NCBI GenBank assembly: GCA_963827655.1
Contig: CAWHCF010000030.1
Location: forward strand, 1-27,633
Reading direction: 5' to 3'
DNA: 27,633 nt
Origin: an uncultured Acidobacteriota bacterium
Lineage (GTDB): Bacteria > Acidobacteriota > UBA6911
Shown one piece after another: positions 20,971 through 27,633 of this stretch; position 1 is the stretch's first letter, and every line of letters begins with the position of its first letter. The notes under the pieces were generated by a model that was given only the letters and a program-made list of their open reading frames with translations, was not told the DNA's origin and did not search any database. The translations under genes and the position numbers were made by a program.

Positions 20971-21198
20971 CGATTTACGATTGACGATTTACGATTGACG
21001 ATTGACGATTGCGGGATCTGGGCCTAAAACGCGAAGAATTACTTTTTGAAACCCGAGGCCTGAAGGGCCTGGGCACTGTCGGCTCTTCGAGCCGGACCTG
21101 CTCTCTGCCGGCGCTTCACGCCCCCAACTCCCGCCGTAATTCCGAACAGCAGTGCTTGCCAGGCCCAATCCGAAATCGTCAATCGTCAATCGTCAATT
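20970..21198. repeat. Inverted heptamer-array element A: (ACGATTK)x6 ... inverted (CAATCGT) array, enclosing a GC hairpin cluster
   Basis: Six ACGATTT/ACGATTG units at 20970-21011 and complementary CAATCCG AAATCGT CAATCGT CAATCGT at 21166-21193; fills the gap between two convergent stop codons. Confidence 0.85.
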
Positions 21199-21199
21199 C

Positions 21200-21469
21200 T
21201 TATGAGGCTTTTTCGTTGGCCGTGCGGGCTTGGGGTGGCTCGCCGAGCTCGTCGTGAACCTCCACGAACCCCAGCCGCTTGAGGCGTTCCCGCTCGAAGG
21301 CGTGAAATTCGCGGATCCCCTGGCGAGGATCCTCTATTCCGCGCTCCGCCATGAACTCCCGGATGATGAGAGCTTTGTACACGATCTCATTGGGAACAAA
21401 CTCCGCAATCTCATGGATCTGGCCGAGATCATCTTTCAGCAGTTCTCTCATGAGCTCGTGCGTGATCAT
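21200..21469 (-). CDS. Hypothetical protein (89 aa, charged, probably helical)
   Basis: ATG 21469 with GGGAG about 9 nt upstream (MITHELMRELLKDD...). The longer 205-aa ORF extension looks non-coding. Confidence 0.6.
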   Translation of the reverse strand: MITHELMRELLKDDLGQIHEIAEFVPNEIVYKALIIREFMAERGIEDPRQGIREFHAFERERLKRLGFVEVHDELGEPPQARTANEKAS

Positions 21470-21878
21470 GTCCAGCCGCTCCCTACGACCTCCAATTGGC
21501 AGTAATCGATGCAGCGTTGTGAACGATGCAACGTATACTAAGAGTAATTTTTCGGCAAAAGGTTTCTGTGGACCGCTCTGCGATTCCGACAGTAGCGGTG
21601 TGCGTCTCGAGAGTTCTTCTCGCGTCTCGTTAACCAGGGCCGAATGCCCGGCAGTGACTAGCCCCGCCCGTGGAGAGTGAAAGTAAAAAGTGCTGAGCGG
21701 AAAGTAGGCAGGCGAAGCGATGGGGGAGAGAAAGAGAGTCGAACGGTTTGAGGATCTGATTGGGTCTGTGGAGCGGGTCATGACCCGCGCCACAAAAGTT
21801 AAAGGACTGCCGATCAATCGAGAGCCGTTCGCTGAATTTCTTCACGGCTTCTCAGACCGGGCGACTGGGAGGTCCCGA

Positions 21879-21992
21879 AGTCCGAAGGACCGGCACTGCG
21901 ACTGTATTGCACTATCGGCGCTCATCATTTGTGAGCCCCGATCTTCCCGGCCTCACGGCCCGGCGCTACGCAGCGTCAGCCCTTTGGGCCTT
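21879..21992. repeat. Degenerate REP-like palindromic element
   Basis: CCGAAGGACCGGCACTG ... CCCGGCCTCACGGCCCGG ... GTCAGCCCTTTGGGCCT; shares GAAGGxCC..GGCACTG with 21055-21080. Confidence 0.4.
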
Positions 21993-22089
21993 TCCCCCAC
22001 TTCGTTCTCGGCCCGCGGGCACTGTCTGAAACGCAGGTCGACCGCCAGAGCGCGAAGTCGTCAGGGGTCGACAAAGGCGGAAGGCGGGC

Positions 22090-23334
22090 TTATTTGGCGA
22101 AGCCCATAGCCTGGGCTGGATCGAGCTTTGAAGCTCGATTCGCGGGATAAAGGCCGAAGAAAACGCCGATTCCGATAGAAAAGACCACGGCCAGCACGAC
22201 GTAGAATGAAGAGAGTGCGCTGGGGAGCCCGGTGAGGGCAGAAACTCCAAGGGCCCCCGCGAGCCCCAGAGTTATGCCGATAACCCCGCCTATTCCCGTG
22301 AGCATCCCGGCCTCAATCAAGAATTGCCAAAGTATGTCCCGGCGTGTGGCTCCCACCGCCTTGCGAATTCCGATTTCGCCGGTTCGTTCCGTAACTGAAA
22401 CCAGCATCATGTTCATGACCCCGATCCCGCCCACGAGCAGTCCTATGGAGGAGATGGCGGCAAGAATTCCGGCGATCGGTGTGGTGATCTTGTTGAGAAA
22501 CTCCAGCACCGCATCGAGTGAAAAGATGTCAAAGTCATTTTTCTGGTTGGCCTTCAGCTTTCGCCGCACCCGCATGGCCTGGATCAACTCGTCTTTTCCG
22601 GCCTCGAGCGCGACTCCTGTGCGCAGGACGCCGAAAATACGGCGCAGGTCTTCTTCCTTCCAGAGATTCGACATGAACGTCGTGTAGGGAATGAGAGCGA
22701 AGTTCTCCCCGAAGCTGCCGAATAGCGTCTTTCGTTCGATGAAGGTGCCAACCACGGTGTACACATCGTTTCCGATTTTCACTCTCTTGCCGATTGGATC
22801 GATGCCGGGGAACAGGTCGCGGCGGGGGCTATGTCCCAGGACCACTACCTTGGCGCGGTGGAAGACCTCCTCGTCCGTGAACATTCGTCCTTCCTCCAGA
22901 TCCAGGCTCCAAATGTGCAGAAGAGAGGGTTGAGTTCCGACCACTTTAATCATGCGGCTTTTCTCGTCGCCGTAGTAAAGGGTGTAGAACCTCCCGGGAG
23001 GCTCGACGTGATACGTCACATACTTCAAGGACGGGCAGTTCTCGCGGACCGCCCTGGCATCTTCTTCAGTGATCTCCTTACGATGAAGCTTCTCCTCGTC
23101 GATGCCGCCGACGAGGAAATCAAATTTGGCCACTCCGATTACCGTCTCCTGGGAGGCGGAGATGTCTTTCGTGATCTTTTCCTTCAGGCCAAGCAGGATG
23201 GATGCTACTCCCATGAGAGAGGCAACCCCTATGGCAACGCCGAGGATAATCAGGCCACTGCGCAGCTTGTGTGCCCGGACAATATCCAGGGCGATTACAA
23301 CGTTTTCGTAGATCAGCCCCCGGCGATTACTCAT
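22090..23334 (-). CDS. ABC transporter permease, MacB/FtsX family
   Basis: Motifs HKLRSGLIILGVAIGVAS, LLVGGIGVMNMMLVSVTERTGEIGIRKAVGA, QFLIEA, GLYPANRASKLDP. ATG 23334 overlaps the upstream gene's end. Confidence 0.92.
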   Translation of the reverse strand: MSNRRGLIYENVVIALDIVRAHKLRSGLIILGVAIGVASLMGVASILLGLKEKITKDISASQETVIGVAKFDFLVGGIDEEKLHRKEITEEDARAVRENCPSLKYVTYHVEPPGRFYTLYYGDEKSRMIKVVGTQPSLLHIWSLDLEEGRMFTDEEVFHRAKVVVLGHSPRRDLFPGIDPIGKRVKIGNDVYTVVGTFIERKTLFGSFGENFALIPYTTFMSNLWKEEDLRRIFGVLRTGVALEAGKDELIQAMRVRRKLKANQKNDFDIFSLDAVLEFLNKITTPIAGILAAISSIGLLVGGIGVMNMMLVSVTERTGEIGIRKAVGATRRDILWQFLIEAGMLTGIGGVIGITLGLAGALGVSALTGLPSALSSFYVVLAVVFSIGIGVFFGLYPANRASKLDPAQAMGFAK

Positions 23335-24562
23335 AGCGCAATGCCTCAATGGGATCGAGCCTGGCCGCCTGCATTGCAGGATAGATGCCGAAGAAAACCC
23401 CGACCGCAAAAGTAACCGCGAGACCGGCGGCAATCGACCATGTCTTTATGGCGTAGGGTAATGGCGAGAAGTAAGCGATCAAAGCAGCCGCGGTAAATCC
23501 AAGGACAATTCCGAGAATGCCTCCGGCGCTGGAGAGCGTGATCGACTCCACCAGGAACTGCCACAGAATGTTCATCCGCGTAGCCCCCACCGCTTTACGG
23601 ATGCCGATCTCGCGGGTCCGCTCGGTGACCGAAACGAGCATGATGTTCATGATGACGATGCCACCGACTACCAGGCTGATCGAGACGATGCCGATCAGCG
23701 CCGCGAATATGCCCCGGCTGATTCCTGCCCAAAGGTTGAGCAAGTTATCCGAGGTCACGATGGCGAAATTGTCTTCACGCTTGGGTCCGAGGTGGCGCCG
23801 TGAACGCATGGCCACGCGGGTCTGATCCACGCATTCACTGAACTGTTCGAGAGTCGCGGCTTTAACTGAAATAGTGATGGACTGCTGCGAGCCGAATGCC
23901 CTTTGAAAAGAGGTAATCGGGATCACCACCGTCAGGTTGGGATTGCCGCCAAACACTCCGGCCTTCTCTTGCAGAACCCCGATAATCCGATAACTGGCTC
24001 CGGCAATTTTGATTTCTTTCCCGATAGGATCCATGCCGCTGAACAGCCGATCGGCCAGGTCATGTCCGATGACTCCCACATCCTGGCTGTGATCCACCTC
24101 GTAGCTGGAGAAATGCCGTCCATCCTTGAGTTCCCATTTGCCCATCATCGGGTAGTTTTCCGACCTTCCTTGAACCGAGACACCCTTTATGAAGCGCCGC
24201 AGGTAGCGCACTTCCACGCTGGTGGATTGGTTGGCATCCATGAAGGCGGCCAGCTGGACTCGCTCGCCGAGATAAGCCAGGTCGGAGAGAGTGATCCGGG
24301 GGTTGTGAAGCGATTTAAGGAATTTGTCGAAATCCGAAAGAATGTCCAGTTCGTTGACTCTCTGCACGCGAAATACGCCGCTCCCCTCATCGGCCACTTC
24401 GTTCCGGATGTACAGATTCATGCCGTCGATGATGCTCACCACGGCGATGACCGACATCACTCCCACGATATTCCCAAGCAGCGTCAGCATGGTGCGCAGC
24501 TTGTGGGACCACAACGCCTCCAGCGCTATCACGATTCCTTCAAGGAAGTGCACTTCGAACAC
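23327..24562 (-). CDS. ABC transporter permease, MacB/FtsX family
   Basis: Motifs HKLRTMLTLLG, VGGIVIMNIMLVSVTERTREIGIRKAVGA, GIYPAMQAARLDPIEALRYE. Confidence 0.93.
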   Translation of the reverse strand: MFEVHFLEGIVIALEALWSHKLRTMLTLLGNIVGVMSVIAVVSIIDGMNLYIRNEVADEGSGVFRVQRVNELDILSDFDKFLKSLHNPRITLSDLAYLGERVQLAAFMDANQSTSVEVRYLRRFIKGVSVQGRSENYPMMGKWELKDGRHFSSYEVDHSQDVGVIGHDLADRLFSGMDPIGKEIKIAGASYRIIGVLQEKAGVFGGNPNLTVVIPITSFQRAFGSQQSITISVKAATLEQFSECVDQTRVAMRSRRHLGPKREDNFAIVTSDNLLNLWAGISRGIFAALIGIVSISLVVGGIVIMNIMLVSVTERTREIGIRKAVGATRMNILWQFLVESITLSSAGGILGIVLGFTAAALIAYFSPLPYAIKTWSIAAGLAVTFAVGVFFGIYPAMQAARLDPIEALRYE

Positions 24563-24569
24563 CCATTCA

Positions 24570-24686
24570 ATTGCGGATTGCGGATTGCAGATTGCGGATT
24601 AATCTATTGAGACTCCCGAGTTCCAATCGACCCATCCCAATCCGCAATCGGCAATCCGCAATCGGCAATCGGCAATCCGCAATCGT
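24570..24686. repeat. Inverted heptamer-array element B: (ATTGCRG)x4 - about 40-nt core - (CAATCSG)x7
   Basis: Directly visible tandem heptamers in inverted arrangement filling the whole intergenic region. Confidence 0.9.
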
Positions 24687-25216
24687 CATGTGCCGTGCCG
24701 GGTCATCCGCGCGACTTTGAATTTCAACGTGCGGTAGAGTTCCCAGTCCGAAATTGGATTGATCTTATTCTCGCTGACGAGCATGACGAGAATCAAGCTC
24801 GCGATATCCTTACCGGCAACCAGCTCTACGGCCCGGTCATCGGTCCATTTGGGATAGCGCCATCGAGCCGTGTGAAAGAGTACTTCGAGTTCTTCCATTG
24901 AGGGATTCGCCTGCCGGATCTTTTTGTACGTATCATGAATCAGGCGTATGTCGGCCGAGTAGCGATCGAACTTTAGCAGGAGGAATCCGAGCAAAGCCGC
25001 CAGCCCCGCGGCGATGAGAGCGTACCAGGGGCTCAGGGTCGCCAGTATGAACAGCCCCGAGAGAAAAAGGATCAACGAGACTGCCGGTATGCCCCACTTG
25101 AAAGCTGTGGGGAGGATGAAACCGGGCTGCTGCCGTACGGGAAGCGAGGCCAGAGTGCGATACCACAGAAAGAGGAAAAGCCCGCCGGCCGTAGTCATCG
25201 CACCGAGAAGCGTCAT
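24686..25216 (-). CDS. Hypothetical membrane protein (about 3 N-terminal TM helices plus soluble C-terminal domain)
   Basis: 176-aa ORF co-oriented with its neighbours, with three hydrophobic stretches; family not recognised. Confidence 0.7.
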   Translation of the reverse strand: MTLLGAMTTAGGLFLFLWYRTLASLPVRQQPGFILPTAFKWGIPAVSLILFLSGLFILATLSPWYALIAAGLAALLGFLLLKFDRYSADIRLIHDTYKKIRQANPSMEELEVLFHTARWRYPKWTDDRAVELVAGKDIASLILVMLVSENKINPISDWELYRTLKFKVARMTRHGT

Positions 25217-26019
25217 TTCGATTGCGGATTGCGGATTGCGGATTGCGGATTTGATCTACTGAGACTGCTGAGTTCCATCGGCGACATCCACAATCTGCAA
25301 TCCGCAATCGCAATCAGAGAACGCATGTCTCGCAGGAACTGACTTACCGACGTGTATTGCAGGTAAGGATTGTTACGCTTCTCATCGCCCAGGGTCGATG
25401 TGCGGCGCTCCGCGTAATTGTGGCCAGGGTAAAGGATGGTATCGTCGTCCAGTACCGCCAGCCTCCGGTTCAGGCTCCACCACATTTTCTCCGGATCCCC
25501 GCCTGGAAGGTCGACGCGCCCGCAGGCGTTAATGAAAAGCGTGTCGCCTGAAACCAGGTTCTTCTCGACCAGGAAGCACTGCGATCCGGGAGTGTGACCC
25601 GGGGTATGCAGAAACTGCACGGGGAGCCGGCCGACCATGACTTCCTCGCCGTCGGAAATTGGCTGGAAGTTGCTCGAGCGACGGTTCATGAAGTCGGCCG
25701 GCACTCGAAATCGAGCGGCAATCTCTTTCGTGTAGTTGATCTCATCCGCGTGCATGTATACCCGGGCGTCGGTGGCTTCCAGAAGCTCTTCCAGGCCATT
25801 GATGTGATCGGGGTGGCCATGAGTAATCAGGATCCGGTTGATTCTCAGATCGGATTCCTCAGCCAGCCTGAGGATGGCAGGTACATCCCAGGCGGGATCG
25901 ATAACCGCGGCCTCGCGGGTTTCGGCGCAGCCGATCAAGTAGATGAAATTCATCATGGGCCCGAGCTCTGCTTGTTTGAGAATGAGTCGCGGAGAATTGA
26001 TCAAGGGATCACCAGTCAC
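25213..26019 (-). CDS. MBL-fold metallo-hydrolase (glyoxalase II-like)
   Basis: Motifs THGHPDH (HxHxDH), HTPGHTPGS, SGDTLF..CGRVDLPGG, YPGHNY. The true 3' end is probably TGA at 25316-25314; the tail IADCRL..NPQSAIRNPQSK is translated repeat. Confidence 0.88.
   Translation of the reverse strand: MTGDPLINSPRLILKQAELGPMMNFIYLIGCAETREAAVIDPAWDVPAILRLAEESDLRINRILITHGHPDHINGLEELLEATDARVYMHADEINYTKEIAARFRVPADFMNRRSSNFQPISDGEEVMVGRLPVQFLHTPGHTPGSQCFLVEKNLVSGDTLFINACGRVDLPGGDPEKMWWSLNRRLAVLDDDTILYPGHNYAERRTSTLGDEKRNNPYLQYTSVSQFLRDMRSLIAIADCRLWMSPMELSSLSRSNPQSAIRNPQSK
25221..25315. repeat. Inverted heptamer-array element C: (ATTGCGG)x4 - about 40-nt core - CAATC-type array; homologous to element B
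   Basis: Core ATCTACTGAGACTGCTGAGTTCCA versus ATCTATTGAGACTCCCGAGTTCCA in element B. Confidence 0.9.
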
Positions 26020-26083
26020 TAATCATAGACACCCTCTCGCATTTTACAAGCTCCATCGAAGTGGCCCATCCAGCTAGAGATCT

Positions 26084-26109
26084 TTTCGTGTCTCTTGCGT
26101 CCTAGTGGT
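26084..26109. repeat. Octamer-type repeat element
   Basis: TTTCGTGTC TCTTGCGT CCTAGTGGT; resembles 1953-1977. Confidence 0.45.
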
Positions 26110-26162
26110 ATTCGGGCGGGCGCTCGATCTATCGATGGCAGACGTTCCCCGGCTGGGGTATC

Positions 26163-27230
26163 ATGAAGAACATTGAAGGTCAGGAAAGTATGGCTTGGAC
26201 TCGTCGGTTCATCCCTTTTGCTGTGACTTTGCTCCTGGGTGGTCTGTCGCTCGTTTCGCCGGGCAAGGCGCAAAAGAAGAAAGAACCTGATCAGGAAACG
26301 AGAATTCGCGTCAACGTCGAAATGGTTTCTCTTCCGGTGGTGGTAACGACCCGGGAAGGCAAGCGCGTAACGGATCTGGTCCAGGAGGATTTCGAAGTTT
26401 TCGAGGACGGAGTTCCTCAGGAGATTGCCGGATTTTCCCCGACCGACGAACCGATTTCAGTCGCCCTGCTCCTGGATACGAGCGGGAGCACCGAACAGAG
26501 ACTGGCGCGTATTCAGAACGAGGCAATTCGATTCGTGAAGCTTCTGCACCCTGACGATTCTGTCGCCGTTCTCTCGTTCGCAAACGACGTCAGTCTCCAT
26601 GAAGACTTCAGCATAGACCGCGACCGCAATGCCCGCGGAGTGAAAGAGACGCGCCCGGGAGGGAGCACAGTAATTTATGAAGCGGTCTGGCTGTCTCTGG
26701 AAGAAGTGCTAAAACCGGTCCAGGAGCGAAAGGCGCTCGTGCTTTTCAGCGATGGCGTCGACACCGCGAGCCGCAAGGTTTCGATGAAGGAGACCCTGGA
26801 ACAGGCGAGAGAAACCCGCGCGACGATCTACGGCGTCTATTACGACACCAGCCGGGACGCCCGGCGCGGCGGCGTGCTTCAGGGTCCGGGACCGACGGTG
26901 GGCGGCTATCCCGTGCCGGGAGGCCCGACCGTCGTTAATCCACCGATTTATGGCTCCGGACGGTACCACGAAGCTGCAGTCGGCCGCGATTATATGGCAA
27001 AACTGGCGGAAAACAGTGGCGGCACTGTTCTGGATGCGCTGGCGATCGACGATATCGGGCCGGCTTTCGACCAGATTGCGCGCGAACTGGCCAGCCAGTA
27101 CAGCATCGGCTATTACTCCAAGAATACCAAGCCTGACGGAAAGTTCCGCAAGGTGGAGGTCAAGCTCAAGAAACCCGGACTGATCGCTCGCACCAAGAAG
27201 GGCTACAACGCGCGCAAACCGGCCAAGTAG
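26163..27230 (+). CDS. VWA domain-containing protein (acidobacterial VWFA-related type)
   Basis: Motifs IRVNVEMVSLPVVVT, FEVFEDGVPQEI, LLLDTSGS (MIDAS), LFSDGVDT, ELASQYSIGYY, DGKFRKVEVK; signal peptide. Alternative ATG at 26190. Confidence 0.9.
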   Translation: MKNIEGQESMAWTRRFIPFAVTLLLGGLSLVSPGKAQKKKEPDQETRIRVNVEMVSLPVVVTTREGKRVTDLVQEDFEVFEDGVPQEIAGFSPTDEPISVALLLDTSGSTEQRLARIQNEAIRFVKLLHPDDSVAVLSFANDVSLHEDFSIDRDRNARGVKETRPGGSTVIYEAVWLSLEEVLKPVQERKALVLFSDGVDTASRKVSMKETLEQARETRATIYGVYYDTSRDARRGGVLQGPGPTVGGYPVPGGPTVVNPPIYGSGRYHEAAVGRDYMAKLAENSGGTVLDALAIDDIGPAFDQIARELASQYSIGYYSKNTKPDGKFRKVEVKLKKPGLIARTKKGYNARKPAK

Positions 27231-27245
27231 CCACCGACCAAACCA

Positions 27246-27305
27246 ACCACGAAGACGCCAGGACGTGAAATGAATGCGTTCTTGGTGTCTTTGCGTTTTG
27301 GCGGT
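27246..27305. repeat. Inverted octamer-repeat element between convergent genes
   Basis: ACCACGAAG ACGCCAGG ACGTGAAA ... CTTGGTGT CTTTGCGT TTTGGCGGT. Confidence 0.55.
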
Positions 27306-27506
27306 CTAGGGGGAGGCTTTTGCAGCGGCAGGCTTGACAAACGGCTTGCTGCAATACGGGCAGGCCTTCGATGGTTTGTCTTTTAGATAAGTGCTGCAAT
27401 TCGGACAATAAATGATGGTCTGGCCCCAGCACGCCGGACAACGATTGTCCTCGGGTCCGTCATAAGCCTGGCTGCGACCGCATTCCGTGCAAACACAATA
27501 AAACAT
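27306..27506 (-). CDS. Small double zinc-ribbon-like protein (66 aa)
   Basis: Four CxxC pairs (CTEC, CPAC, CPNC, CPYC); ATG 27506 with GGAG RBS 5 nt upstream. Confidence 0.65.
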   Translation of the reverse strand: MFYCVCTECGRSQAYDGPEDNRCPACWGQTIIYCPNCSTYLKDKPSKACPYCSKPFVKPAAAKASP

Positions 27507-27633
27507 CGGAACTCCAGATAGCGTCGAAAGAAAGCCGAACGATTCGCAGAAAATGTATTTTAGCCAAGCGTCTGAAGCCTGACAATCCCAATGTATCATT
27601 TGGGTCTTCGCCGTTTTTTCTTGTTAACGGCTG

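Noticed and set aside
21470-21817. N-terminal extension of the 205-aa minus-strand ORF
   Set aside because: It runs through repeat and promoter-like DNA; an RBS-supported ATG lies at 21469.
20970-25316. Heptamer arrays as a CRISPR array
   Set aside because: Units are 7-nt tandem repeats without unique spacers between 23-47-nt repeats; no cas genes.

Overview
GC-rich bacterial window, most likely Acidobacteriota, judged from the Oar-like/carboxypeptidase-regulatory-domain TonB-dependent receptors, an acidobacterial-type VWA protein, DUF1080 and orphan MacB-like permeases. Left half: a phosphate uptake and regulation locus, pstS-pstC-pstA-pstB1-pstB2-phoU-phoB, preceded by an 11-bp-periodic Pho-box-like repeat, with a PhoR-like kinase on the opposite strand. 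Three large outer-membrane TonB-dependent receptor (TBDR) genes are interleaved with or adjacent to it. All three carry many +1 frameshifts, which look like long-read insertion errors, and one also has a large internal deletion. Right half: DUF1080 protein, sulfatase, small hypothetical, two ABC permeases, a membrane protein, an MBL-fold hydrolase, a VWA protein and a small zinc-ribbon protein. Main observations: (1) the two PstB paralogues have complementary degenerate motifs that map onto one composite ATP site; (2) several families of inverted heptamer/octamer tandem-repeat elements fill the intergenic spaces, and two homologous copies bracket a single gene like a cassette; (3) a 26-bp perfect inverted repeat lies at equivalent positions in two convergent TBDR genes; (4) candidate sigma-54 promoters precede all three TBDRs. 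No rRNA, tRNA, CRISPR array, transposase or integrase was recognised.
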